Part shown: positions 34,063 through 44,499 of the stretch, one piece after another
How positions within the stretch are numbered: position 1 is the stretch's first letter
Layout: every line of letters begins with the position of its first letter
Source of the DNA: a virus
Lineage: Duplodnaviria > Heunggongvirae > Uroviricota > Caudoviricetes
Virus record (IMG/VR): IMGVR_UViG_647533161_000005
DNA: 49,155 nucleotides
Strand: one strand, 5' to 3'
Notes under the pieces: generated by a model
Seen by the model: the letters and a program-made list of their open reading frames with translations, nothing else
The model's database searches: none
What the model was told of the DNA's origin: nothing
Program-made: the position numbers and the translations under genes

Positions 34063-37000
34063 TCTTGTTATTGACCTGAGTCTGGATGCGGTCCGTTTCG
34101 ATGAGCAGATGAGCCGGGTAAGGCGTCATTTTTCAGGTCTGGATACTGACGCCAGAAAAACCGCAACTGTCGTTGAGCAGGGGCTGAGCCACCAGGCGCT
34201 GGCTGCACAAAAAGCAGGGATTTCCGTCGGGCAGTATAAAGCGGCCATGCGAACCCTGCCCGCACAGTTTACGGATATCGCCACGCAGCTTGCCGGTGGT
34301 CAGAATCCCTGGCTGATCCTGCTGCAACAGGGCGGTCAGGTGAAGGACTCCTTCGGCGGGATGATCCCCATGTTCAGGGGGCTTGCCGGTGCGATCACCC
34401 TGCCGATGGTCGGGGTCACCTCGCTGGCGGTGGCGACAGGTGCGCTGGTGTACGCCTGGTACCAGGGAGATTCCACGCTTTCAGCGTTTAATAAAACCCT
34501 GGTTCTTTCCGGTAATCAGTCCGGACTGACTGCCGATCGCATGCTGACGCTCTCCAGAGCCGGACAGGCCGCAGGGCTGACGTTTAACCAGGCGAGTGAG
34601 TCACTGGCAGCCATGGTGAATGCCGGTGTGCGTGGTGGTGAACAGTTTGATGCCATCAACCAGAGTGTCGCGCGTTTTGCTTCTGCATCCGGTGTGGAGG
34701 TGGACAAGGTTGCAGAGGCTTTCGGAAAACTGACCACTGACCCGACGTCGGGGCTGATTGCGATGGCGAAGCAGTTCCATAACGTGACGGCGGAGCAGAT
34801 TGCGTATGTTGCTCAGTTGCAGCGTTCCGGCGATGAAACCGGGGCATTGCAGGCGGCGAACGAGGCCGCAACGAAAGGGTTTGATGACCAGACCCGCCGC
34901 CTGAAAGAGAACATGGGCACGCTGGAGACCTGGGCAGACAGGACAGCGCGGGCATTCAAATCCATGTGGGATGCGGTGCTGGATATTGGTCGTCCTGATA
35001 CCGCGCAGGAGATGCTGATTAAGGCAGAGGCTGCGTTTAAGAAAGCAGACGACATCTGGAATCTGCGCAAGGATGATTATTTTGTTAACGATGAAGCGCG
35101 GGCGCGTTACTGGGATGATCGTGAAAAGGCCCGTCTTGCGCTTGAAGCCGCCCGAAAGAAGGCTGAGCAGCAGACTCAACAGGACAAAATGCGCAGCAGC
35201 AGAGCGATACCGAAGCGTCACGGCTGAAATATACCGAAGAGGCGCAGAAGGCTTACGAACGGCTGCAGACGCCGCTGGAGAAATATACCGCCCGTCAGGA
35301 AGAACCTGAACGAAGNNNNNNNNNNNNNNNNNNNNNNNNNNNNNNNNNNNNNNNNNNNNNNNNNNNNNNNNNNNNNNNNNNNNNNNNNNNNNNNNNNNNN
35401 NNNNNNNNNNNNNNNNNNNNNNNNNNNNNNNNNNNNNNNNNNNNNNNNNNNNNNNNNNNNNNNNNNNNNNNNNNNNNNNNNNNNNNNNNNNNNNNNNNNN
35501 NNNNNNNNNNNNNNNNNNNNNNNNNNNNNNNNNNNNNNNNNNNNNNNNNNNNNNNNNNNNNNNNNNNNNNNNNNNNNNNNNNNNNNNNNNNNNNNNNNNN
35601 NNNNNNNNNNNNNNNNNNNNNNNNNNNNNNNNNNNNNNNNNNNNNNNNNNNNNNNNNNNNNNNNNNNNNNNNNNNNNNNNNNNNNNNNNNNNNNNNNNNN
35701 NNNNNNNNNNNNNNNNNNNNNNNNNNNNNNNNNNNNNNNNNNNNNNNNNNNNNNNAGGATGATTATTTGTTAACGATGAAGCGCGGGCGCGTTACTGGGA
35801 TGATCGTGAAAAGGCCCGTCTTGCGCTTGAAGCCGCCCGAAAGAAGGCTGAGCAGCAGACTCAACAGGACAAAAATGCGCAGCAGCAGAGCGATACCGAA
35901 GCGTCACGGCTGAAATATACCGAAGAGGCGCAGAAGGCTTACGAACGGCTGCAGACGCCGCTGGAGAAATATACCGCCCGTCAGGAAGAACTGAACAAGG
36001 CACTGAAAGACGGGAAAATCCTGCAGGCGGATTACAACACGCTGATGGCGGCGGCGAAAAAGGATTATGAAGCGACGCTGAAAAAGCCGAAACAGTCCGG
36101 CGTGAAGGTGTCTGCGGGCGATCGTCAGGAAGACAGTGCTCATGCTGCCCTGCTGACGCTTCAGGCAGAACTCCGGACGCTGGAGAAGCATGCCGGAGCG
36201 AATGAGAAAATCAGCCAGCAGCGCCGGGATTTGTGGAAGGCGGAGAGTCAGTTCGCGGTACTGGAGGAGGCGGCGCAACGTCGCCAGCTGTCTGCACAGG
36301 AGAAATCCCTGCTGGCGCATAAAGATGAGACGCTGGAGTACAAACGCCAGCTGGCTGCACTTGGCGACAAGGTTACGTATCAGGAGCGCCTGAACGCGCT
36401 GGCGCAGCAGGCGGATAAATTCGCACAGCAGCAACGGGCAAAACGGGCCGCCATTGATGCGAAAAGCCGGGGGCTGACTGACCGGCAGGCAGAACGGGAA
36501 GCCACGGAACAGCGCCTGAAGGAACAGTATGGCGATAATCCGCTGGCGCTGAATAACGTCATGTCAGAGCAGAAAAAGACCTGGGCGGCTGAAGACCTGC
36601 TTCGCGGGAACTGGATGGCAGGCCTCAGGTCCGGCTGGAGTGAGTGGGAAGAGAGTGCCACGGACAGTATGTCGCAGGTAAAAAGTGCTGCCACGCAGAC
36701 CTTTGATGGTATTGCACAGAATATGGCGGCGATGCTGACCGGCAGTGAGCAGAACTGGCGCAGCTTCACCCGCTCCGTGCTGTCCATGATGACAGAAATT
36801 CTGCTGAAGCAGGCAATGGTGGGGATTGTCGGGAGTATCGGCAGCGCTATTGGCGGGGCTGTTGGTGGTGGCGCATCCGCGTCAGGCGGTACAGCCATTC
36901 AGGCAGCTGCGGCGAAATTCCATTTTGCGACCGGAGGATTTACGGGAACCGGCGGCAAATATGAGCCAGCGGGGATTGTCCACCGCGGGGAGTTTGTCTT

Positions 37001-37289
37001 CACGAAGGAGGCAACCAGCCGGATTGGTGTCGGGAACCTGTACCGCCTGATGCGGGGCTATGCGGAAGGGGGGTATGTGGGTGCTGCCGGAAGTCCGGCG
37101 CAGATGCGGCGGGCCGAAGGCATTAATTTTAATCAGAACAATCACGTGGTGATTCAGAACGACGGTATCAACGGACAGGCCGGGCCGCAGCTGATGAAAG
37201 CGGTGTATGAGATGGCCCGTAAAGGTGCGCAGGATGAGCTCCGGCTGCAGTTGCGTGATGGCGGTCTGTTATCGGGGAGCGGGCGATGA
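34043..37289 (+). CDS. H: Tail tape measure protein gpH, interrupted in this assembly by an artificial gap with duplicated flanks
   Basis: N-terminal ORF 34043..35227 and C-terminal ORF 36045..37289 are both lambda H-like. Removing the redundant 35070..35755 gives a contiguous ORF of about 850 aa, close to lambda gpH size. Confidence 0.85.
35316..35755. other. Assembly gap (440 N) with duplicated flanks
   Basis: N-run; 35070..35315 is repeated at 35756..about 36000 with homopolymer-length differences. Confidence 0.9.
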
Positions 37290-37615
37290 AAACATTTCGC
37301 TGGAAAGTGAAGCCGGATATGGAGGTGAACTCGCAGCCATCGGTGCGTGAAGTGCGTTTTGGTGACGGGTACTCACAGCGTATGGCGGCAGGGCTGAATG
37401 CTGACCTGAAAACATACAGGGTGACGCTTTCCGTGACCCGGGAGGAGGCCCGGCATCTGGAAGCGTTCCTGGCAGAGCACGGTGGCTGGAAGGCATTTTT
37501 GTGGAAGCCACCCTATGCATACCGGCAGATAAAGGTGATCTGTGCCGGGTGGTCTGCGCGGGTCGGGATGTTGCGCGTTGAGTTCAGCGCGGAGTTTAAG
37601 CAGGTGGTGAACTGA
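37286..37615 (+). CDS. M: Minor tail protein M
   Basis: MKTFRWKVKP.M.V.S.PSVR.VRFGDGYSQR...GLNA.LKTY.VTLSV.REEA..LE.FL.EHGGWK.FLW.PPY matches lambda M. Confidence 0.9.
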   Translation: MKTFRWKVKPDMEVNSQPSVREVRFGDGYSQRMAAGLNADLKTYRVTLSVTREEARHLEAFLAEHGGWKAFLWKPPYAYRQIKVICAGWSARVGMLRVEFSAEFKQVVN

Positions 37616-38313
37616 TGCAGGATATTCACGAAGAAAGTCTGAACGAGTCGGTTAAGTCAGAGCAGTCACCGCGGGTGGTACTCTGGGAAATCGACCTGAC
37701 GGTGCAGGGCGGTGAGCGGTATTTTTTCTGCAATGAGCTGAATGAAAAAGGGGAGCCGGTGACCTGGCAGGGGCGTGAATATCAGGCGTACCCGATTGAG
37801 GGGAGTGGCTTTGAGATGAGCGGGAAGGGCAGCAGTGCCAGACCGTCGCTGACGGTGTCCAATCTGTTCGGTCTGGTCACCGGGATGGCGGAAGACCTGC
37901 AGAGTCTGGTGGGGGCCACGGTGGTCCGCCGCCGGGTGTATGCCCGTTTTCTGGATGCGGTGAATTTCGTTGCGGGCAATCCGGAGGCCGACCCGGAGCA
38001 GGAGCTGACGGACCGGTGGGTGGTGGAGCAGATGTCAGCGCTGACAGCCATGACGGCCTCGTTTGTGCTGGCCACACCGACCGAGACGGACGGGGCGCTG
38101 TTTCCCGGTCGTATCATGCTGGCGAACACCTGTATGTGGACCTACCGCTCTGATGAGTGTGGTTACACGGGCGGGGCTGTGGCGGATGAGTTCGATAAAC
38201 CCACCACGGATATCCGTAAGGACAGATGCAGCAAGTGCATGCGCGGGTGTGAACTGCGCAGGAATGTCGGCAATTTTGGCGGTTTCCTTTCCATTAATAA
38301 ACTTTCGCAGTAA
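37615..38313 (+). CDS. L: Minor tail protein L
   Basis: ..VVLWEIDLT..GGERYFFCNE.NEKGEPVTWQGR.YQ.YPI.GSGFE..GKG...PGRIMLANTC.WTYR.DECGY.G.AVADE.D.PT.DI.KD.CSKC matches lambda L. Confidence 0.9.
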   Translation: MQDIHEESLNESVKSEQSPRVVLWEIDLTVQGGERYFFCNELNEKGEPVTWQGREYQAYPIEGSGFEMSGKGSSARPSLTVSNLFGLVTGMAEDLQSLVGATVVRRRVYARFLDAVNFVAGNPEADPEQELTDRWVVEQMSALTAMTASFVLATPTETDGALFPGRIMLANTCMWTYRSDECGYTGGAVADEFDKPTTDIRKDRCSKCMRGCELRRNVGNFGGFLSINKLSQ

Positions 38314-38323
38314 ATCCCGGTTT

Positions 38324-39067
38324 ATGACACAGACTGAATCAGCGATTCTGGCACATGCCCGGCGGTGTGCGCCTGCGGAGTCGTGCGGCTTCGTGATAAG
38401 CACGCCGGAGGGGGAGTGGTATATCCCTTGTGTGAATATTTCCGCGGAGCCGGAGGCGTATTTTCGTATCGCACCGGAAGACTGGCTGCGGGCAGAGATG
38501 CAGGGGGAGATTGTGGCACTGGTCCACAGTCATCCCGGTGGGCTGCCCTGGCTGAGCGAGGCTGACCGGCGGCTGCAGATAAAAAGCGCACTGCCCTGGT
38601 GGCTGGTCTGCCGGGGTGACATTCACAAATTCCGCTGTGTGCCACATCTGACGGGACGGCGCTTTGAGCACGGGGTGACGGACTGTTACACGCTGTTCCG
38701 GGATGCTTATCATCTGGCGGGGACTGAAATGCCGGATTTTCATCGCGAGGATGACTGGTGGCGCAACGGCCAGAACCTTTACCTGGACAATATGGCGGTC
38801 ACCGGCTTTTACCGGGTGCCCCTGTCCTCTGCACAGGCGGGCGATATTCTGCTGTGCTGCTTTGGTGCTTCGGTACCGAACCATGCCGCCATTTACTGCG
38901 GTAACGGTGAGCTGCTTCACCATCTGCCTGAACAACTGAGTAAACGGGAGAGGTATTCCGAAAAATGGCAACGACGAACGCATTCTGTCTGGCGTCACCG
39001 CCACTGGCACGCATCTGCCTTCACGGGGATTTACAACGATTTGGCCGCCGCCTCAGCCTGTATGTGA
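38324..39067 (+). CDS. K: Tail assembly protein K (JAB/MPN and NlpC/P60-like regions)
   Basis: MTQTESAILAHARRCAPAESCGFVIS...ALVHSHPGG (JAB-like HxH) and a C-terminal Cys/His peptidase-like region; position between L and I. Confidence 0.85.
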   Translation: MTQTESAILAHARRCAPAESCGFVISTPEGEWYIPCVNISAEPEAYFRIAPEDWLRAEMQGEIVALVHSHPGGLPWLSEADRRLQIKSALPWWLVCRGDIHKFRCVPHLTGRRFEHGVTDCYTLFRDAYHLAGTEMPDFHREDDWWRNGQNLYLDNMAVTGFYRVPLSSAQAGDILLCCFGASVPNHAAIYCGNGELLHHLPEQLSKRERYSEKWQRRTHSVWRHRHWHASAFTGIYNDLAAASACM

Positions 39068-39645
39068 ACACGGCAGCGGAAGCCATTCGCGCCCTGTCGA
39101 TGCAGATGCCGGGCTTTCGCCGTCAGATGAACGAAGGCTGGTACCAGATACGTATTGCCGGTGATGACACGGCACCGGAGGCGGTGTACGCCCGTCTTCA
39201 CGAACAGCTGGGTGAGGGAACGGTCATCCACATTGTGCCGCGACTGGCCGGGGCCGGAAAGGGTGGACTGCAGATTGTGCTGGGGGCGGCAGCCATCGTG
39301 GGCTCTTTCTTCACGGCCGGTGCCTCGATGGCGTTATGGGGTACAGCCCTGAGTGCCGGCGGTTTTTCTGCCACCACAATGCTGTTTTCACTGGGTGCCA
39401 GCATGATACTGGGCGGTGTGGCCCAGATGCTGGCCCCGAAGGCAAAAACACCGGATTACCGCGCAACGGATAACGGCAGACAGAACACGTACTTTTCCTC
39501 GCTGGATAACATGATTGCCCAGGGGAACCCGATGCCGGTGCCTTACGGGGAAATGCTGGTTGGCTCCCGCCGTATATCCCAGGACATCAGCACCCGTGAT
39601 GAAGGCGGGGGCGGAAAGGTCGTGGTTATCGGGCGGCAGGGGTAA
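38965..39645 (+). CDS. I: Tail assembly protein I
   Basis: ..LASP..ARICL.GDLQRFGRR..L.V.T.AEAIRAL...P.FR.......YQ.RIAG.D...VIHIVPR.AGA..GG.QIVLGAAAI.GSFFTAGA...YFSSLDNM.AQGN..PV.YGEM.VGSR matches lambda I. Confidence 0.85.
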   Translation: MATTNAFCLASPPLARICLHGDLQRFGRRLSLYVNTAAEAIRALSMQMPGFRRQMNEGWYQIRIAGDDTAPEAVYARLHEQLGEGTVIHIVPRLAGAGKGGLQIVLGAAAIVGSFFTAGASMALWGTALSAGGFSATTMLFSLGASMILGGVAQMLAPKAKTPDYRATDNGRQNTYFSSLDNMIAQGNPMPVPYGEMLVGSRRISQDISTRDEGGGGKVVVIGRQG

Positions 39646-39660
39646 AAAGAATAAAAAAAT

Positions 39661-39690
39661 CCCGCAGTGATCGCGGACAGGAACTGCGGG
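39661..39690 (-). terminator. Hairpin with adjacent T-run on the minus strand (I-J spacer)
   Basis: Stem cccgcagt/actgcggg (8 bp, 14-nt loop) preceded on the plus strand by an A-rich run. Confidence 0.4.
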
Positions 39691-39858
39691 AGAGTTACGA
39701 AGATTAAGTGTAAGGAATTATTCTTATATCACGACAAAAAAATTAACGCAGAGAAATTATACGCGCCACAGTCAGTTTGTGAAAATGTGAAGATATTCAG
39801 AATTTTTATGCCATTACCGGTTTTAACCAACAGGATTATCGGTGGGCATGAAAGAAAA

Positions 39859-39890
39859 CCCCGGTATCTGCTGATACCGGGGTTTCTCTT
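39859..39890. terminator. Bidirectional hairpin terminator (I-J spacer)
   Basis: Stem ccccggtatc/gataccgggg with tgct loop, flanked by an A-rich run upstream and tttctcttt downstream. Confidence 0.5.
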
Positions 39891-39988
39891 TAGCATGGCA
39901 GAAATGTGTTTCATGCTTTTCGGGCGAAGGATATCCGACTTCTGTACGGAATGGCAAGTGGCGGTTAATTTATTCAGGGGAAGGCTGT

Positions 39989-42900
39989 ATGGGAAAAGGT
40001 GGCGGTAAGGCACACACGCCTCGTGAGGCGAAGGATAATCTCAAATCCACGCAGATGATGAGCGTGATTGATGCGATTGGTGAGGGACCGATAGAAGGTC
40101 CGGTGAAGGGACTGCAGAGTATCCTGGTGAACAAAACCCCGCTGACGGACACGGACGGTAATCCCGTGATACACGGTGTGACGGCGGTCTGGCGCGCCGG
40201 GGAGCAGGAGCAGACACCACCGGAAGGCTTTGAGTCCTCCGGTGCTGAAACCGGACTGGGCGTGGAAGTGACGAAGGCAAAACCGGTGACGCGCACCATT
40301 ACGTCCGCGAACATTGACCGCCTGCGGGTTACCTTCGGGGTGCAGTCACTGGTGCAGACCACGTCAAAGGGCGACCGTAATCCTTCCTCTGTCCGGATTC
40401 TGATTCAGTTACAGCGTAATGGCCGCTGGGTGACGGAAAAGGATGTCACCATTAACGGCAAGACCACCTCGCAGTTCCTGGCCTCGGTGATTCTGGATAA
40501 TCTGCCTCCCCGGCCCTTTAACATCCGGATGGTCAGGGAGACGGCGGACAGCACCACGGACCAGCTGCAGAATAAGACGCTGTGGTCGTCATACACCGAA
40601 ATCATCGATGTGAAACAGTGCTACCCGAACACGGCCATTGTGGGGCTGCAGGTGGATGCGGAGCAGTTCGGCGGCCAGCAGATGACGGTGAACTACCATA
40701 TCCGCGGTCGCATCATCCAGGTGCCGTCAAACTATGACCCGGAAAAACGCACGTACAGTGGTATCTGGGACGGCAGTCTGAAACCGGCATACAGCAACAA
40801 CCCGGCCTGGTGCCTGTGGGACATGCTGACTCACCCGCGCTACGGCATGGGAAAACGTCTGGGGGCGGCGGATGTGGACAAGTGGGCGCTGTATGCCATC
40901 GGGCAGTACTGCGACCAGACGGTCCCGGATGGTTTCGGGGGGACCGAGCCGCGGATGACCTTTAATGCGTACCTGGCACAACAGCGTAAGGCGTGGGACG
41001 TTCTCAGTGATTTCTGCTCTGCGATGCGCTGTATGCCGGTATGGAACGGCCAGACGCTGACGTTCGTTCAGGACCGTCCGTCGGATGTGGTGTGGCCGTA
41101 CACCAACAGCGATGTGGTGGTGGATGATAACGGCGTGGGTTTCCGCTACAGCTTCAGTGCCCTGAAGGACCGGCACACGGCAGTGGAGGTGAATTACACC
41201 GACCCGCAGAACGGCTGGCAGACCTCCACGGAACTGGTGGAAGACCCGGAAGCCATACTGCGCTACGGACGCAACCTGCTGAAGATGGACGCGTTCGGCT
41301 GTACCAGCCGCGGTCAGGCCCACCGTGCCGGGCTGTGGGTGATAAAGACCGAACTGCTGGAAACGCAGACGGTGGATTTCACGCTCGGGTCACAGGGGCT
41401 GCGTCACACACCCGGTGACATCATTGAAATCTGTGATAACGACTATGCCGGGACCATGACCGGCGGACGTGTCCTGTCCATCGATGCCGCCAGCCGTACC
41501 CTGACGCTGGACCGGGAGGTGACACTGCCGGAGACCGGCACGGCCACTGTTAATCTGATTAACGGCAGCGGTAAGCCGGCGAGCGTGGCCATCACCGCAC
41601 ACCCCGCGCCTGACCGGATACAGGTCAGCACCCTGCCGGATGGTGTGGAGACATACGGTGTGTGGGGACTCTCCCTGCCGTCACTGCGTCGTCGCCTGTT
41701 CCGCTGTGTCTCCATCCGGGAAAACACGGACGGCACCTTTGCCATCACGGCGGTGCAGCACGTACCTGAAAAAGAAGCCATCGTGGATAACGGGGCCCGC
41801 TTTGAGCCGCAGTCAGACACCCTGAACAGCGTTATCCCACCGGCAGTGCAGCACCTGACGGTGGAGGTGAGCGCAGCTGACGGCCAGTATCTGGCGCAGG
41901 CTAAATGGGACACGCCGCGGGTGGTGAAGGGCGTGCGCTTCAGTCTGCGCCTGACCAGTGGTAAGGGAACGGATGCCAGACTGGTGACCACCGCCATCAC
42001 CGCAGACACGGAGCACCGTTTCAGCGGCCTGCCACTGGGGGAATACACCCTGACGGTGCGGGCCATTAACAGCTACGGCCAGCAGGGCGAACCTGCGACC
42101 ACCACCTTCCGGATTGCCGCACCGGCAGCACCGTCGCGGATTGAGCTGACGCCGGGGTATTTTCAGATAACGGCGGTCCCGCGTCTTGCGGTGTATGACC
42201 CGACGGTACAGTTTGAATTCTGGTTCTCAGAAAAACGCATCACGAACACGGCACAGGTGGAAAAATCTGCCCGTTATCTGGGGACCGGCAGTCAGTGGAC
42301 TGTCCAGGGGAGCCGGATTAAGCCGGGGACGGATTTCTGGTTTTACGTGCGAAGCGTCAACCTGGTGGGAAAATCTGCTTTTGTGGAAGCCAGCGGGCAG
42401 CCCAGCAATGATGGTGAAGGGTATCTGGAAATTTTCCGGGGGCTGATAGATGAGACGCTTCTGGGCCAGGCACTGAAAGAGCGCATTGATGCTTCAGCGC
42501 TGCGTACGGAGGTCACGCAACTGGAAGAAGACATCCGTCAGCGGATGGACACGGATATCGCAGAAGTGACCCGGAAAATCGGGAAGGCGGAAAACAGCCT
42601 CACGCAGCTGGTTGCGAAAAAGAATGAGGACCAGACACTGGCCATCGCGCAGGTGAGCCAGAAAGTGGACCGGGTGAGCAGTGAAATCTCACAGACTGTC
42701 AGCCAGGGGCAGTCAGAAAACGCCCGACAGATAGCACAGGTCCGCCAGTACGTGGATAAAAAAGGGAGTGAAATTACCTCGACCACGGATAAAAAGCTGG
42801 GTGACCAGGCCGTGACCATACAGCAAATCCAGCGGGTTCAGTCAGACACGCGCAATGAGCTGAATGCCATGTATATGCTGAAGGTGCAGAAAACAAAAAA

Positions 42901-43681
42901 CGGTATTCCCTATGTGGCCGGGATTGGTGCGGGGATTGAGGATGTTGATGGTCAGACGCTGAGCAGTATTCTGCTGCAGGCGGACCGTATCGCGATGATT
43001 ACCCCGGAGAATGGCAACACCACGCCGCTGTTTGTGGCGCAGGGGAATCAGCTGTTCATGAACGACGTGTTCCTGAAGCGACTGTTTGCGGTGAGCATCA
43101 CGTCATCCGGCAATCCTCCTACGTTTTCCCTGACGCCGGATGGCAGGCTGACAGCCCGCAATGCGGATATCAGTGGAGCCATCACGGCGAATACCGGCAC
43201 GCTCAATAATGTCACCATTAACGAGAACTGTGTCATCAGAGGGAAACTGTCTGCAAACCAGATTGAAGGCGATCTCGTTAAAACAGTGGGTAAGGCTTTC
43301 CCCCGTGACTCCCGTGCACCGGAGCGTTGGCCATCAGGAACCATTACCGTCAGGGTTTATGACGATCAGCCGTTTAACCGGCAGATTGTTATTCCGGCGG
43401 TGGCTTTCAGCGGTGCCAGACATGAGCGGGAGAACAGCGATACTTATTCGTCATGCCGCCTGATAGTACGGAAAAACGGTGCTGAAATTTATAACCGTAC
43501 CGCGCTGGATAATACGCTGATTTACAGTGGTGTTATTGATATGCCTGCTGGTCGCGGCCACATGACGCTGGAGTTTTCTGTATCAGCATGGTGGGTAAAT
43601 GGCTGGTATCCCACAGCAAGTATCAGCGATTTGCTGGTTGTTGTGATGAAGAAAGCCACTGCAGGCATCACGATTAGCTGA
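39989..43681 (+). CDS. J: Tail tip / host specificity protein J
   Basis: 1230-aa ORF matching lambda J along its length ([19 protein letters not shown]...[16 protein letters not shown]...[34 protein letters not shown]...). Confidence 0.95.
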   Translation: MGKGGGKAHTPREAKDNLKSTQMMSVIDAIGEGPIEGPVKGLQSILVNKTPLTDTDGNPVIHGVTAVWRAGEQEQTPPEGFESSGAETGLGVEVTKAKPVTRTITSANIDRLRVTFGVQSLVQTTSKGDRNPSSVRILIQLQRNGRWVTEKDVTINGKTTSQFLASVILDNLPPRPFNIRMVRETADSTTDQLQNKTLWSSYTEIIDVKQCYPNTAIVGLQVDAEQFGGQQMTVNYHIRGRIIQVPSNYDPEKRTYSGIWDGSLKPAYSNNPAWCLWDMLTHPRYGMGKRLGAADVDKWALYAIGQYCDQTVPDGFGGTEPRMTFNAYLAQQRKAWDVLSDFCSAMRCMPVWNGQTLTFVQDRPSDVVWPYTNSDVVVDDNGVGFRYSFSALKDRHTAVEVNYTDPQNGWQTSTELVEDPEAILRYGRNLLKMDAFGCTSRGQAHRAGLWVIKTELLETQTVDFTLGSQGLRHTPGDIIEICDNDYAGTMTGGRVLSIDAASRTLTLDREVTLPETGTATVNLINGSGKPASVAITAHPAPDRIQVSTLPDGVETYGVWGLSLPSLRRRLFRCVSIRENTDGTFAITAVQHVPEKEAIVDNGARFEPQSDTLNSVIPPAVQHLTVEVSAADGQYLAQAKWDTPRVVKGVRFSLRLTSGKGTDARLVTTAITADTEHRFSGLPLGEYTLTVRAINSYGQQGEPATTTFRIAAPAAPSRIELTPGYFQITAVPRLAVYDPTVQFEFWFSEKRITNTAQVEKSARYLGTGSQWTVQGSRIKPGTDFWFYVRSVNLVGKSAFVEASGQPSNDGEGYLEIFRGLIDETLLGQALKERIDASALRTEVTQLEEDIRQRMDTDIAEVTRKIGKAENSLTQLVAKKNEDQTLAIAQVSQKVDRVSSEISQTVSQGQSENARQIAQVRQYVDKKGSEITSTTDKKLGDQAVTIQQIQRVQSDTRNELNAMYMLKVQKTKNGIPYVAGIGAGIEDVDGQTLSSILLQADRIAMITPENGNTTPLFVAQGNQLFMNDVFLKRLFAVSITSSGNPPTFSLTPDGRLTARNADISGAITANTGTLNNVTINENCVIRGKLSANQIEGDLVKTVGKAFPRDSRAPERWPSGTITVRVYDDQPFNRQIVIPAVAFSGARHERENSDTYSSCRLIVRKNGAEIYNRTALDNTLIYSGVIDMPAGRGHMTLEFSVSAWWVNGWYPTASISDLLVVVMKKATAGITIS

Positions 43682-43700
43682 ATTTTATAACCCCAATACG

Positions 43701-43726
43701 GGCGCCAGAAATGGCGCCTTTTTTAT
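43701..43726 (+). terminator. Rho-independent terminator after J
   Basis: ggcgcca-gaaa-tggcgcc followed by ttttttatt. Confidence 0.6.
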
Positions 43727-43748
43727 TGCAGAAAAGCGAGAGGTAATT

Positions 43749-44348
43749 ATGCGTAAAGTTTGTGCAGCCATTTTGTCCGCAGCCATCTGTCTGTCCGTAT
43801 CCGGTGCGCCTGCATGGGCGTCTGAACATCAGCCCACACTGAGCGCGGGGTATCTTCATGCCCGTACGAACGCTCCCGGCAGCGATAATCTGAACGGGAT
43901 TAACGTGAAATACCGTTATGAGTTTACGGACGCGCTGGGGCTGATTACGTCCTTCAGTTATGCCAATGCTGAGGATGAGCAAAAAACGCACTACAGCGAT
44001 ACCCGCTGGCATGAAGATTCCGTGCGTAACCGCTGGTTCAGCGTGATGGCGGGGCCGTCTGTACGCGTGAATGAATGGTTCAGCGCGTATGCGATGGTGG
44101 GTGTGGCTTACAGCCGTGTGTCGACTTTCTCCGGGGATTATCTCCGCGTAACTGACAACAAGGGGAAAACGCACGATGTGCTGACCGGAAGTGATGACGG
44201 TCGCCACAGCAACACGTCTCTGGCGTGGGGGGCTGGCGTGCAGTTTAACCCGACCGAATCCGTAACCATTGACCTTGCTTATGAAGGTTCCGGTAGTGGC
44301 GACTGGCGAACGGATGCATTTATTGTTGGTATCGGATACCGTTTCTGA
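43749..44348 (+). CDS. lom: Lom-like outer membrane protein (Ail/Lom family)
   Basis: Signal peptide then a beta-barrel-like sequence ending GYRF; position after J as in lambda. Confidence 0.85.
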   Translation: MRKVCAAILSAAICLSVSGAPAWASEHQPTLSAGYLHARTNAPGSDNLNGINVKYRYEFTDALGLITSFSYANAEDEQKTHYSDTRWHEDSVRNRWFSVMAGPSVRVNEWFSAYAMVGVAYSRVSTFSGDYLRVTDNKGKTHDVLTGSDDGRHSNTSLAWGAGVQFNPTESVTIDLAYEGSGSGDWRTDAFIVGIGYRF

Positions 44349-44452
44349 CAACAGACGCCGATTTATCTTCTGTAAATATTGTTATGATACGCAGGTTCAT
44401 CCACCTTATGGGGTGAACTGCGTTTGAGGAAACGTAAAGTTACACTGTCCTG

Positions 44453-44487
44453 AAGCCCGTGGCGTCACTGCTGCGGGCTTTTTTTAT
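44453..44487 (+). terminator. Rho-independent terminator after lom
   Basis: agcccg...cgggct stem followed by T7. Confidence 0.5.
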
Positions 44488-44499
44488 TGGTGGAAAAGT

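Noticed and set aside
39667-40008. 113-aa plus-strand ORF and 94-aa minus-strand ORF in the I-J spacer
   Set aside because: No RBS, odd composition, and they run through the hairpin terminators and into the J start; the region is more plausibly non-coding.
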